Positions 19,245 through 29,263 of a DNA stretch of 64,000 nucleotides are shown here, one piece after another. The notes under the pieces are model-generated. The model searched no databases. It was given only the letters and a program-made list of their open reading frames with translations, and was not told where the DNA came from. Positions within the stretch are counted from its first letter, which is position 1; the number at the start of each line of letters is the position of its first letter. Position numbers and translations under genes: made by a program. The DNA comes from Candidatus Sericytochromatia bacterium (GTDB taxonomy: Bacteria > Cyanobacteriota > Sericytochromatia > S15B-MN24 > VGJW01), in NCBI GenBank assembly GCA_035285865.1, contig JAYKHS010000006.1, forward strand, positions 1 to 64,000. The letters are read 5' to 3'.

Positions 19245-19352
19245 TCTCCGAATTCTTGGATGACCGGCCTGCGCCGGGGTGGGTAACGTCGTGGTGTGCC
19301 GCTCGGGCCGTTGGTCATCATGCCAGAAGCAGGCCGAAGTCGTCGGGAATCC

Positions 19353-20876
19353 TCAGGATTTGGCCGGCCAGGAGCGTACTTGGAGTCGGATATCCTCGGG
19401 TTCTGCCGCATCGGGATGCTTGCGCATCCAGTCGATGATCGCGTCGCGGAGCAGAATGCCTTGTTCTTTCAGGTTCGTGGCCTCCGAGAAGGTCGTGTAC
19501 TTGTCGTTCGCCTGGGCGAGGTAGTCAATCGTCGCGACCCTGTATGCGCGCCCCTCCTGCAAGGGCTGGCCACCGATGCGGAAATCCTCGACCTTGCCGT
19601 CGCCGAGCACGGCCGTTCCACCCGACATGTAGAGCAAGCCGGCGTCGCGACGGGCCACGAGACCCAGAAGTCGTCGCAGCTGGCCGCCCGTCATCGACAC
19701 CGTGACCAGCGTGTTCTCGAAGGGAAAGACCTGATAGACGTCGCCGATGCGCACCGGCCCCGGGTTGATCGAGGCACGGAGACCACCCGCGTTGAGAAAC
19801 GCGATTTCGGCTCCCGTAGCCTGGCGGACGATGTCTGCGGCCCAGCGCCCGAGGCCGCATTCGCGCTCATATTTGCCGTCGGCGGAAAGGCCCCGGGGGG
19901 CCTGGCCGACGATCTCTGACATCGCGACCGCAATCTTGCCGGTATAGGTCTGGACAGCCTTCGCGACGTCCTCCGCCTCCGGCGTGTCGCCGGCAACCGG
20001 CACCAAGAAGCCGTTGTGCGCGAGGACGTGGCCGTCCGGGGCCAGATCCAGCTCGATGCGACCGAGGTATTCACCCCATTGGAAGTCCTGGGCGACGAGC
20101 GTGGTCCACGTGCCGCAACGCACCTCCTTGGGATGGTCGACCCTGGTGTGGCTGTGGCCCCCGAGGATGAGGTCGATGCCGGGCACGGCGGCGGCAAGCG
20201 CCTGGTCTTCCTCGAAGCCCGAATGGGAGAGCATCAGGATGGTCTTGCAGCCCTTGTCGCGCAGCTCCTTGACCTTGCGACGCGCCGTCTCGGCGGCCGG
20301 CAGGATCGCCAGGCCTTCGCGATGCTTGCGGGCTATGGACTGCCATGCGTTGACCTCGCCGGTGACGCCGAAGATGCCGATCCGTTGACCGGCGCGGTCG
20401 ACGATCCATTCAGGCGTGAAGACCGGCTTGCGGGTGGCGGCATCGACAAGGTTGCTGCTGATCAGCCGCATCGAACGGCCCTTGATCTGGGTCTTCAGGT
20501 TACCCAGTCCCTCGTCGAGGTCGTGGTTCCCCACTGTCGTGGCTTCGTAGCCTGCAAGGTCCATCGCCTCGTAGTCGGCCTTGCCCTTGAAGAAGTTGAA
20601 CACCGGCGTGCCTTGGAAGGTGTCGCCGGCATCAAGCACCAGCAACTTGTCGCCGAACTGCTTGCGGGCCTGCCGAATCATGGTGGCGCGCCGCGCGATA
20701 CCCCCTACGGAGCGCAGCTCCTTGCGATCGTAAGGTTCAAGGTGGGCGTGCGTGTCGTTGGTGTGCAGGATGACCAGGTCCGGTCCGTCCGCAAAGGGTA
20801 CCCACGGGTTGTCCGCCGCCCGGGCGGGCGACGCCAGTGCCAGGATCAGGGCCGTCAGCAACGTCGAAGTGCGCAT
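19353..20876 (-). CDS. Bifunctional metallophosphatase / 5'-nucleotidase, secreted
   Basis: HTNDTH, DAGD, GNHD, GGHSH; C-terminal NAGGLR, FPFEN, ATIDYL. Confidence 0.94.
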   Translation of the reverse strand: MRTSTLLTALILALASPARAADNPWVPFADGPDLVILHTNDTHAHLEPYDRKELRSVGGIARRATMIRQARKQFGDKLLVLDAGDTFQGTPVFNFFKGKADYEAMDLAGYEATTVGNHDLDEGLGNLKTQIKGRSMRLISSNLVDAATRKPVFTPEWIVDRAGQRIGIFGVTGEVNAWQSIARKHREGLAILPAAETARRKVKELRDKGCKTILMLSHSGFEEDQALAAAVPGIDLILGGHSHTRVDHPKEVRCGTWTTLVAQDFQWGEYLGRIELDLAPDGHVLAHNGFLVPVAGDTPEAEDVAKAVQTYTGKIAVAMSEIVGQAPRGLSADGKYERECGLGRWAADIVRQATGAEIAFLNAGGLRASINPGPVRIGDVYQVFPFENTLVTVSMTGGQLRRLLGLVARRDAGLLYMSGGTAVLGDGKVEDFRIGGQPLQEGRAYRVATIDYLAQANDKYTTFSEATNLKEQGILLRDAIIDWMRKHPDAAEPEDIRLQVRSWPAKS

Positions 20877-20944
20877 GCGAAGTCCTCGAACCGGATGTAT
20901 GGAACGCTCGGAATGGTAGCATGCCGCTGGGAGGGCCGGTTTGC

Positions 20945-21829
20945 GTGCGCGTACCGACGGATGCCCTGAAGCAGTTCCTGGGAACCTGGCGTGAGGTCCG
21001 GGCGGCTTCCGCTCAGCCGGCGACGCTGGTGCTCGTCGCAGAGGCCGGACGTGCCTCGGTGCGCTGGCAAGCAGCCCTGGATCCCGGTCTTGACCATCCC
21101 GGAACGCTTGCGGTCGCGGAGCCCGGCAGCCTGCTGCCGGATGCCGACGTGGCCCTGGTGCTCTGGCCGGAGGGCCCGTGGGATGAGGCCGCCGCCGATC
21201 GGCTTGCGCGAACGCTGGCCACGCGCGTGCCGCGGATGGTGCTCCTGCCGCACGGCAACGAGGTCGATCTTGCCGTGGCTACCCGTCGCGCGGCGCGCAT
21301 CGCGGAAGTCCCGCAAGCCGAGGTCCTGGTGGGCCAGGACCCCGGGCCCGCGGCCGAAGCCGTGGCGGCCGCCCTCGGTCGCCTGGTGCCCGATCATGTG
21401 GTCGCGCTGGGGCGTCAGTTCACCCTGCTGCGGCGGCCACTGGCCATGCAGGAGGTCGCGGCCACGGCCAAGCAGAACGCGGTGGTCGGCGCCTTGCCGC
21501 TGCCTGGCGCCGACATGCCCTTGATGACGGCGAACCAGGTCAAGATGGTCCTGCGGATGGCTGCCATGCACGACCTGCCGCTGGACGTGAAGCGGGCCCG
21601 CGAACTGCTGGCAGTCCTTGGCGCCGGACTGGGCTGGCGGACGGTGGCGCGGCAGTTGGCCAAGTTCGTGCCGGGCCCCGGGTGGGTCGTCGGTGCCGGC
21701 ATGGGCTATACGGGGACCACGGCGGTGGGGCGGCTTGCTCTGTCGTGGTTCCAGCAGCAGGCACCGGTTCGGCGCCTTTCGATAGGCCCCCTGGACGGGC
21801 CGCGTGATGCCGGGACGTCAGAAGCGTGA
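20945..21829 (+). CDS. DUF697/YcjF-like protein
   Basis: ATAKQNAVVGALPLPGADMPLMTANQVKMVLRMAA, GWRTVARQL; GTG start inferred. Confidence 0.75.
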   Translation: MRVPTDALKQFLGTWREVRAASAQPATLVLVAEAGRASVRWQAALDPGLDHPGTLAVAEPGSLLPDADVALVLWPEGPWDEAAADRLARTLATRVPRMVLLPHGNEVDLAVATRRAARIAEVPQAEVLVGQDPGPAAEAVAAALGRLVPDHVVALGRQFTLLRRPLAMQEVAATAKQNAVVGALPLPGADMPLMTANQVKMVLRMAAMHDLPLDVKRARELLAVLGAGLGWRTVARQLAKFVPGPGWVVGAGMGYTGTTAVGRLALSWFQQQAPVRRLSIGPLDGPRDAGTSEA

Positions 21830-22839
21830 TTGTCCTTGGTCTGGAGTCCTCGTGTGACGAGACCTCGTTGGCGATCGTGGGATCCGACGGCAGAATCCTC
21901 GCCAACCTGATTGCCTCCCAGGTGGACCTGCATGCGCGCTATGGCGGGGTGGTGCCCGAGGTCGCGAGCCGCCGACATGTCGAGGCCATAGGCCCCATGT
22001 TGGATGAGGTGCTTGCCGCGGCCGGCCTCGGTTGGGGAGATCTGGGCGGCGTGGCCGCGACGCGTGGGCCCGGACTTGCGGGTGCCCTGCTGGTCGGCCT
22101 CATGGCCGGCAAGGCCGTGGCCTTCGCCCATGGCTTGCCCTTCGTCGGCGTCCATCATCTCGCGGCACATGTGTGGGCCAATGTCGCAGCCGACCCCGTG
22201 ACGCCGTTGCCCTTCCTCTGCCTGCTGGTCTCTGGCGGACATACCACGCTCGTGCGCGTCTCGGGACCGACACGGATGGAGGAGTTGGGCCGGACGCGCG
22301 ACGATGCTGCCGGCGAGGCCTACGACAAGGTCGGGCGCCTGCTCGGGCTCGGTTATCCCGGCGGCCCCAGGGTCGACCGCATGGCGCGCTCGGGGGATGC
22401 CGCGGCGTTCTCGCTGCCTCGCGCCCGCATGGACAATCCGCGTGACTTCTCGTTCTCAGGTCTGAAGACAGCCGTCCGTCGTCTGGTGGAAGGCTGGGAA
22501 CCGGCCGCGGGACCCCTGCCGGTGGCCGATATCTGCGCGTCCTTCCAGGAGGCTGTGGTGGACGTGCTCGTGGCCCGGACCGTCGAGGTTGCCGAAGCCG
22601 AGGGCCTTGACCACGTGGCCATCGCCGGTGGCGTGGCGGCGAACGGGGCGCTCCGGGCACGGATGGCCGAGGCGTGCGCAGAGCGCGGCCTGACCTTTGC
22701 GTGTCCTCCCTTGGACCTCTGCACGGACAACGCCGCGATGGTGGCGGCACTCGGACGGGCGTGGCTGCTCGAGGGGATGCGGGACGACATGGGCGTTGCT
22801 CCCCGGACGCGTTGGCCGCTGGGCGAGATGTCGGTCTAG
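21826..22839 (+). CDS. tsaD: tRNA N6-adenosine threonylcarbamoyltransferase TsaD
   Basis: LGLESSCDET, GGVVPEVASRRH, VSGGHT, DDAAGEAYDK, FSFSGLKT, CTDNAAM. Confidence 0.97.
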   Translation: MIVLGLESSCDETSLAIVGSDGRILANLIASQVDLHARYGGVVPEVASRRHVEAIGPMLDEVLAAAGLGWGDLGGVAATRGPGLAGALLVGLMAGKAVAFAHGLPFVGVHHLAAHVWANVAADPVTPLPFLCLLVSGGHTTLVRVSGPTRMEELGRTRDDAAGEAYDKVGRLLGLGYPGGPRVDRMARSGDAAAFSLPRARMDNPRDFSFSGLKTAVRRLVEGWEPAAGPLPVADICASFQEAVVDVLVARTVEVAEAEGLDHVAIAGGVAANGALRARMAEACAERGLTFACPPLDLCTDNAAMVAALGRAWLLEGMRDDMGVAPRTRWPLGEMSV

Positions 22840-24293
22840 CGCGAACCCGGTGAGGGCGCTCGCCGCCAGGCGCGCACCTCGAAGATCCCCACTCCGGACT
22901 TGCCCCAGGCCAACGGCCGGATGCGGATGAGGCGCCAGGAGGCGGTCGCGTCCAACGTGACGGTGCCCCAGGTTGCCCCGTCGGGCGAACGGGCCCCTGT
23001 CCCCGTCGCGCTGCCGACGGTGAACCACGAGCGCCGATCGGCAGACACGTCGACCTCCCAAGTGCACGGGGCCGCAGGCACGGCGCAGGGCAGTACCGAG
23101 ATGGACGCGAGCGGTGTCGCCTCTTTGAGACCAATGACGGCCACAGGGCCATCCAGCAGGGTCTGGGCCGCGATCCAGGCTGTCTCCGGCCTTCCGTCCG
23201 TCAGCTTGTCTGCTCCCAGGCCTTCCCGCAATTTGCTCGTGACGCGTGCGGGCGCACCCTGGACCACTTCTGCGCGGCCGTTGATCCTGTCGGTGGCTGG
23301 CCCCATCCAGGCAAGTTGGCTTGAGGTCGCGCTTGCCAGCAGCCCGACGATGACGGCAGGGGCTCCTGCCTGGATCGCCAGGGTCCGCTTGTCGAAGGCG
23401 TGATCGCCTGGAATCGGCAGGATGCCGGCCTGCAGGTCCTTGAGCAGACGTTGGCCTCGATCCCGGACTTGCCTCCCGAGCCGTTCGGCCACGTCGGGCC
23501 GACCCGCATCCAGAGCTTCGCCCGCCTTGGCCATGTCCCGGCGCATCGCGGCGAGGCGTGGCAGGGCATCGGGATGCTTGCGGATGCCGGCATCTTCCAC
23601 GCGTTCCATCAGGACGGGCGTCTCGGTGCGGACAAGATCCACGATGCGGGGGCGCCGCTCCCGGGCCGACATCCAGTCGTCGAGGGCCCCCAGTGCCTTC
23701 GCGAGGTCACGATTCGCGGCGGCGCGGGCCTCCGCAGGCATGCCGACATGCGCTGACAGCGCGGCCTCTGCCTTCGCGACGGCCTCTTCGACACCCCCTG
23801 TCGTCTCATCTGCCGTAGCCGGACGCTTCCGCCCTCGGGCACGCTGCAGAAGGACGGCGGCGGTCGCCGGCAGGCCCCACGTCCGGTCCAGTGCAGCCAA
23901 GCGCTCCTCGAGGATACGCAGGCCCGTGTTCGTCTCATGAACGGTGGCCAGCAACAGGTCTAGCCTCTGCCTGGCCTCATCCCAGCGTTCTTCGGACATG
24001 GCCATCCGCACGATGGGGAGCTGGTCCATGGCCTCAGCCGCTTTCTGGGCCAGCCCGAGCACCTCGTCACCGGCAGCCCACGGCTTGCTGCCCGGCAAGG
24101 GTGGCAGATGCCCGATCTGCTCGGCCTCGGGCAGGCGGTCGGCCAGCGCAGACTCGAGACCCTCTCCCTCCTCGATCAGGAGGCGGTACAGGCCGCGCGT
24201 CTCGTCGCGCAGACGGCGCTGACGCTTCATCCGGGACAGGGCGACGGCCCCCGCCAGCAAGGCTGAGACCAGGGCCGTGATCAGGGCCAGCAT
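22836..24293 (-). CDS. Hypothetical membrane protein: N-terminal TM, long helical region, second hydrophobic segment, C-terminal discoidin (F5/8 type C)-like domain
   Basis: KLTDGRPETAW, WEVDVSAD..SW, WRLIRIR, GIFEVRAW. Confidence 0.7.
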   Translation of the reverse strand: MLALITALVSALLAGAVALSRMKRQRRLRDETRGLYRLLIEEGEGLESALADRLPEAEQIGHLPPLPGSKPWAAGDEVLGLAQKAAEAMDQLPIVRMAMSEERWDEARQRLDLLLATVHETNTGLRILEERLAALDRTWGLPATAAVLLQRARGRKRPATADETTGGVEEAVAKAEAALSAHVGMPAEARAAANRDLAKALGALDDWMSARERRPRIVDLVRTETPVLMERVEDAGIRKHPDALPRLAAMRRDMAKAGEALDAGRPDVAERLGRQVRDRGQRLLKDLQAGILPIPGDHAFDKRTLAIQAGAPAVIVGLLASATSSQLAWMGPATDRINGRAEVVQGAPARVTSKLREGLGADKLTDGRPETAWIAAQTLLDGPVAVIGLKEATPLASISVLPCAVPAAPCTWEVDVSADRRSWFTVGSATGTGARSPDGATWGTVTLDATASWRLIRIRPLAWGKSGVGIFEVRAWRRAPSPGSR

Positions 24294-24373
24294 GGGGGCA
24301 TGGTGGCCCTTGGTGCCGGCAGGGGTCAAGCCTGGCCTTCCGGCCCGGCGCGCCGTGGCGCATCATGGCCCCC

Positions 24374-25567
24374 ATGCAACAGCACGGTCCTTCCCTGACT
24401 ACGCTGGCCCAGGCGTGCATCCACTGCGGGCTCTGTCTCGAGGCCTGCCCGACGTGGCATCTGACGGGGCGCGAGGACATGTCCCCTCGGGGGCGCATCC
24501 GGGCCATGTCGGGGGCGGCTCGCGGCGAGATGCCCGTCTCGGTCGTGCTGCCGGCCATTGATGCGTGCCTCGGCTGCAGGGCTTGCGAGACGGCCTGCCC
24601 GAGCGGGGTGCGCTACGGCGCCCTGCTCGAGACGGCCCGTTCCGAGGTCCTCGAACCGGCGCGACCCTGGTCATGGCGCAGGCTCTTCTGGCGTCCCCTG
24701 ATTCGCCAGGTGCTGCCCTACCGGAGGCGGTTCGGCCTGTTGATGCTGCCGGTGCAGATCCTGGCGAGGCTGCCGGGAGCGGAGCGCCTGCCGTTCCTCG
24801 GGCGGCTCGTGGCGATGCTTCCCCCATCGCGGGAGGTCGCACGCGACAAGCCGACCGGGAGCACCAGCCGTGCGCGGGGGCGTGCCATCCTGCTCGAGGG
24901 GTGCGCCCTGCCGGTCGTGCATCCGGGCGTCGTGGCCGCGTCGGAGCGCCTGCTGGCGTCAGCCGGCTATCAGGTCGAGCGCCGGCAGACCGGTTGCTGC
25001 GGTGCCCTCGAGGCCCATGACGGGGCCCTTGACGTGTCCGGGCGCCGAGCTGCCCGCGTGCTGGGCGGCCTCGACCCGGCCACGGATGTCGTCGTCACGG
25101 AGGCTGCCGGGTGTGGTGCTCACCTGAAGGGCCATCGACCCGATGACGGGGCCGCGGTTCGGGACCTGGCCGAGGCCCTGCTCGAAGCAGACTGGCAACC
25201 GGTCGCCCCCTTGTCCGCTCCCGATGGTTCCGCACTGCGGGTGGCCTATCAGGATCCCTGTCACCTGCTGCACGGCCAGCTCCTGCACGCTCCGGCGCGA
25301 GACCTGCTCGTGCGCGCCGGAGCCACGGTGCTGCCGGTCTCCGATGCCGGCAGGTGCTGTGGCGGGGCAGGGACGCACGCCTTCCTGCATCCCGAGGCGG
25401 CTGATCGCCTCGGACAGGCGAAGTGGGTCGATCTGCAGGTGACGAAGCCGGATGTCATCGTCACGGCCAATCCGAGTTGTCAGATGCAGCTTGATGCCGC
25501 ACGCAGCCGCTCGGGCGGCCGGCCCGAGGTGCTTCATCTCGCCGAGTTGTTGGCCCGGACGCTCTAG
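24374..25567 (+). CDS. GlcF-like (Fe-S)-binding protein with 2x[4Fe-4S] and CCG domains
   Basis: CIHCGLCLEACP, SPRGRI, CLGCRACETACPSGV, GCCGAL, YQDPCHL, CCGGAG, TANPSC. Confidence 0.88.
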   Translation: MQQHGPSLTTLAQACIHCGLCLEACPTWHLTGREDMSPRGRIRAMSGAARGEMPVSVVLPAIDACLGCRACETACPSGVRYGALLETARSEVLEPARPWSWRRLFWRPLIRQVLPYRRRFGLLMLPVQILARLPGAERLPFLGRLVAMLPPSREVARDKPTGSTSRARGRAILLEGCALPVVHPGVVAASERLLASAGYQVERRQTGCCGALEAHDGALDVSGRRAARVLGGLDPATDVVVTEAAGCGAHLKGHRPDDGAAVRDLAEALLEADWQPVAPLSAPDGSALRVAYQDPCHLLHGQLLHAPARDLLVRAGATVLPVSDAGRCCGGAGTHAFLHPEAADRLGQAKWVDLQVTKPDVIVTANPSCQMQLDAARSRSGGRPEVLHLAELLARTL

Positions 25568-26604
25568 GGCAGCAGCAACATCGCGTCGCCGAAGCTGAAG
25601 AACCGATAGCCGCGCGCGACGGCCTCCGCATAGGCAGCCAGCACGCGCTCGCGTCCCCCGAGGCCCAGATGGCCGGCGAGCGCCGAGACCAACACGACCA
25701 GCGTGCTCCGGGGCAGGTGGAAGTTCGTCACGAGGCCGTCGATGACGCGGAACGGGAAGTCTGGTCGGATGAAGAGGTCGGTGCTGCCCGTGCACGGGAC
25801 CACCGAGCCGTGCGCGGCGGCCACGGCCTCGAGCGTGCGTGTCGTGGTCGTGCCCACGGCGATGACCCGTCCACCCGCTGCCTGGGTATCGCGAAGGAGA
25901 TCGGCGGTTTCAGCCGGCACGGTGTAGCGTTCGGCATGCATCACATGCTGGTCCAGATCGTCCGACTTGACCGGCAGGAATGTCCCGAGCCCCACGTGCA
26001 AGGTGAGCGTGGCGGTTCGGATGCCCTTGGCGGCCAATCCGGCCATGAGTTCCTGCGTCAGGTGCAGGCCGGCCGTCGGCGCGGCGATGGAACCTGTCTC
26101 GCGGGCATACACCGTCTGGTAGCGCTCGGGGTCGGCGGGTTGTTCCCGGATGTATGGCGGCAGGGGCAGGATACCGTGGCGTTCCATGCTTTCCGGCAGC
26201 GGCCCCGAAGGGCGGACGACGCGCAGCCCGTCCGGCCGGACTTCCAGTACCTCGATGGCCAAGTCGGCGACGTACAACGTGTCGCCGGGCCGCGCCTTGC
26301 GTCCGGGCTTGACCATGGCCGTCCAGCAGCCCTCGGCGACCGGATCGCAGAAGAGTAGCTCGACCTGTCCTCCGGTCGCCCGGCGGGCCATCATCCTCGC
26401 CTTCATCACCCGGGTATCGTTCAGGACGAGCAGGTCGCCGGCCTTCAGGATGTCGACGATGTCCCCGAAGCTGCCGTGCCGGTTGCCCGTGCTCCCCAGG
26501 TGCAGGAGGCGGCTGGCTTCCCGGCGCGCGGCAGGCTGCTGGGCAATCGCGGATTCGGGCAGGTGGAAGTCGTAGCCGTCGATCCGGTCTTCCGGGGCGG
26601 TCAT
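25564..26604 (-). CDS. queA: S-adenosylmethionine:tRNA ribosyltransferase-isomerase QueA
   Basis: YDFHLP, LPLPPYI, YQTVYA, AAPTAGLH, LHVGLGTF, TNFHLPRST, FSFGDAML. Confidence 0.97.
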   Translation of the reverse strand: MTAPEDRIDGYDFHLPESAIAQQPAARREASRLLHLGSTGNRHGSFGDIVDILKAGDLLVLNDTRVMKARMMARRATGGQVELLFCDPVAEGCWTAMVKPGRKARPGDTLYVADLAIEVLEVRPDGLRVVRPSGPLPESMERHGILPLPPYIREQPADPERYQTVYARETGSIAAPTAGLHLTQELMAGLAAKGIRTATLTLHVGLGTFLPVKSDDLDQHVMHAERYTVPAETADLLRDTQAAGGRVIAVGTTTTRTLEAVAAAHGSVVPCTGSTDLFIRPDFPFRVIDGLVTNFHLPRSTLVVLVSALAGHLGLGGRERVLAAYAEAVARGYRFFSFGDAMLLLP

Positions 26605-27809
26605 CGACTTGCCAGCAGGCCCCACTCGGGCAGGCCGGCCGTGGCCATCATCTGGAGTTGGGCGCCGGGATAGTAATGGCCCAGGATCTGCAGGTGCCCG
26701 TAGCCCATGCGTCCGAGGCCCTTGGCACCCCATTGTGACAGCCCCAGGCCGTGGCCATGCCCGCGCCCGGCAAAGGCGAACGCATCCGGTGCCCCACCGC
26801 TTCCGGCCACGACCGCGACGTTGAAGAGGCTGCTCTTCATGCCGGTCATGTAGCGGAACCGCTCACCGGTGACGGTCCGGCTGCCAGCGGCCCCGATGAT
26901 CTCGATGCGCTTCACGCGATTGGAGAAGCCCCTCTCCAAGGGGTTCAGGCCCATCAGCGTGCCCAGGCGCACGCCGTGCTTGTCGAGGGCGACCTCGACC
27001 TCGCGCCGCGTCATGCGTCGTTGCCAGGAGTAACTGGGCGCTTCCTGGTCGAAGTCCGGTACCGGTTGCAGCCAAGGTACGGGAGCCGTGCCCCACACGG
27101 TTTCGGCGCTGTCCGTGTAGCCCCCCGCAGCCGAGCAGTAGTAGGCATTGATCAGGCGTCCGTCATAGGCCAGCACCTGACCACGGGTCTCGTCGACCGC
27201 GCGGTTCGACGAGGCGACCTCCTTGGCCACGCCTCCATAAACCTGATGGTCCGTCGTCGGCTTGAGGTCGTAGCCACGGGAGGCCACGGCCCCGAGGTTG
27301 GCCAGAGTGTAGGTCCGCGCGGCCACGGCCTGGGCCTTGAGCGCCTCGATCGGCCAGCCAGCCGGCATCTCGTAGGGCACGACACCGTAGAGGTAGTCCT
27401 CGAGGGGCAGCTCGTTGACCGCCACCAGTCCAGGGCGGATTTCGAGCAGGCCGCGGTACCACTTGCGACCACAGTAAACCAATGTCGGCTGATCGCCCGT
27501 CGGCACGATTCGGACCGGTCCGTCGATTCGCAGGTCCTGCCCTTGGCCCGTCACCCTCACGGCTTTGCCGAGGCGCGTTGCTGTCCACGACTCACGGGGC
27601 AGGATCTGCCCGAGCACCTTCCCCGACGTATCCTCGATTCGTGCCCGCGTCGCGGCCGAGAAGACGACGCTGACCACGCCGTCCTGCACGCCGATGCGCA
27701 CCTGCTGGCCGACCGGCACGGGATCCGCGTTGGCCTGTCCGGGCATGACCGGTCCGAGCCCGAGCAGGGCTCCGAGGACCAGTGGCCGGAGGCGGGGTCG
27801 AAAGGTCAT
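26601..27809 (-). CDS. SpoIID/LytB-domain peptidoglycan lytic protein, secreted
   Basis: VNELPLEDYLYGVVPYEM, EALKAQAVAARTY, GHGHGLGLSQWGA, ILGHYYPG. Confidence 0.93.
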   Translation of the reverse strand: MTFRPRLRPLVLGALLGLGPVMPGQANADPVPVGQQVRIGVQDGVVSVVFSAATRARIEDTSGKVLGQILPRESWTATRLGKAVRVTGQGQDLRIDGPVRIVPTGDQPTLVYCGRKWYRGLLEIRPGLVAVNELPLEDYLYGVVPYEMPAGWPIEALKAQAVAARTYTLANLGAVASRGYDLKPTTDHQVYGGVAKEVASSNRAVDETRGQVLAYDGRLINAYYCSAAGGYTDSAETVWGTAPVPWLQPVPDFDQEAPSYSWQRRMTRREVEVALDKHGVRLGTLMGLNPLERGFSNRVKRIEIIGAAGSRTVTGERFRYMTGMKSSLFNVAVVAGSGGAPDAFAFAGRGHGHGLGLSQWGAKGLGRMGYGHLQILGHYYPGAQLQMMATAGLPEWGLLASR

Positions 27810-27888
27810 GACGACAAGCCTAACGCATGTCACCCACCCTTCGCGAGGGTCTGCGTCACGACAGTTCTCCCGAACCCGGGTTTGTCTG

Positions 27889-28449
27889 TCAGTGCGCCGC
27901 CACAGGGGCGCCGAGGCGATGCGGTGGCCAGAAACGCAGCGTCGCACGCCCGATGATGTTCTCGAGGGGTAATGCGCCCCAGACGTGGCTGTCCGCGCTG
28001 TTGTTCCGGTTGTCGCCCATGACGAAGACGTGGCGGGCCGGGATCAGGCGGGGGGGCATCTCGTAGTCGGAGGGCTCCATGTTCCAGTCGTCCGCCAGAG
28101 CCTTCCCGTCGATGAGCACCCTGCCCGCGGAGACGGCGATGGTTTCGCCGGGCAGGCCGATGATGCGCTTGATGAAAGCGTTTCCCCCACCGAAGCCAGA
28201 GCCCTGCGGCGGATCGAAGACCACGATGTCGCCGCGGTGTGGCGTGTCGAACCGATAGGAGATCTTCTCCACGATGAGGCGATCCCCCTGCTCCAACGTC
28301 GGCAGCATCGAATCCGACGGGATCCATCGGGCTTCGGCAACGGTGGTACGGATCAGCAGGGCGAGGCCGATGGCCACGACGAAGGTCTCCACCGTCTCGC
28401 GCGTGCGCGATCGGGGTTGGTCCTTGTCCTTGCGCAAACTTGGGAACAT
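27889..28449 (-). CDS. lepB: Signal peptidase I
   Basis: IPSDSMLPTL, FIKRIIGLPGE, VMGDNRNNSADSH. Confidence 0.96.
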   Translation of the reverse strand: MFPSLRKDKDQPRSRTRETVETFVVAIGLALLIRTTVAEARWIPSDSMLPTLEQGDRLIVEKISYRFDTPHRGDIVVFDPPQGSGFGGGNAFIKRIIGLPGETIAVSAGRVLIDGKALADDWNMEPSDYEMPPRLIPARHVFVMGDNRNNSADSHVWGALPLENIIGRATLRFWPPHRLGAPVAAH

Positions 28450-28465
28450 GTCGGTGTCGAAAGGC

Positions 28466-29257
28466 TCAGCGCCTGAAGTCTACCACGCTCCCGGCGGGTG
28501 GCGGGGGTGCGGCCGTGGCTTCTGCCGGCAGCGCGCGCCATCCGAGGCAGGCGGTCAACAAGGCGCCGCACAACAGGACGATGGCCCAGGAGAAGCCGTC
28601 ACGGCGCGCCAGCGTGGTGTAGCCGACGCTGCCGACCAGGGTGCCGAGCAGCCAGAGAAAGACTTCGCCGGGGACTTGTCCCGGACGCACGCCCAGCAGG
28701 GCTGCCGCGGCAGCGCCGACCATGAAGGGCAGCGCCCACGTGTTGCACCGATAGCACAGCTCGGCGAGGACCGGCGGGTTGATGACGAACAACCGCGCCG
28801 TCTTCCGGACTTGGACCGCCGGAACGGTCCGCAGTGGCAGCATCAGGCACCAGGTGCCGATCGCCAGAGACAGCATGGCCATGCCTGCGAGCAGGCCCAG
28901 CTCCGCCATGGTGGTCCAGCCCTGGCGCAGGTGGCCCACGAGGCGGTCCCCCCCGAGCAGCAAGGGGCCCAGCGTCGTCAGCAGGGCGGGCACGAGCCCG
29001 AGCAGGCGGGTCGCGAACTCGGTCTCGAGAATCCAGTAGAGGATCAGCATCGGCATCGCGAAGACGCACCACGCCGGAATGGGATGGCCTTGGCCCGCCG
29101 CTGCGGCCAAGGCCATGCAACTGGCGAAGAAGGTCGTCACGAGGCAGAGCCCCGCGAGGCGCTCCTGCGTCGGACTCGGCGAGGCCAGCTTGAGCAGGTA
29201 GAGCAAGGTGGCGCCGGCGCCGCCCCAGACCGCAAGCTCGAGACTGTAGCCCGACAC
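28466..29257 (-). CDS. Polytopic membrane protein, degenerate CcsA/HemX-like
   Basis: About 7-8 hydrophobic segments; PPVLAELCYRCNTWALPF resembles the CcsA/HemX loop; no WGxxWxWD motif. Confidence 0.55.
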   Translation of the reverse strand: MSGYSLELAVWGGAGATLLYLLKLASPSPTQERLAGLCLVTTFFASCMALAAAAGQGHPIPAWCVFAMPMLILYWILETEFATRLLGLVPALLTTLGPLLLGGDRLVGHLRQGWTTMAELGLLAGMAMLSLAIGTWCLMLPLRTVPAVQVRKTARLFVINPPVLAELCYRCNTWALPFMVGAAAAALLGVRPGQVPGEVFLWLLGTLVGSVGYTTLARRDGFSWAIVLLCGALLTACLGWRALPAEATAAPPPPAGSVVDFRR

Positions 29258-29263
29258 CGCGTC

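Noticed and set aside
27810..27888. Two hairpins upstream of the SpoIID gene, vaguely like a c-di-GMP-I riboswitch
   Set aside because: Lacks the GGCAAA/GAAA-tetraloop/GACGCAAAG core in the correct order; an Rfam cmscan would settle it.
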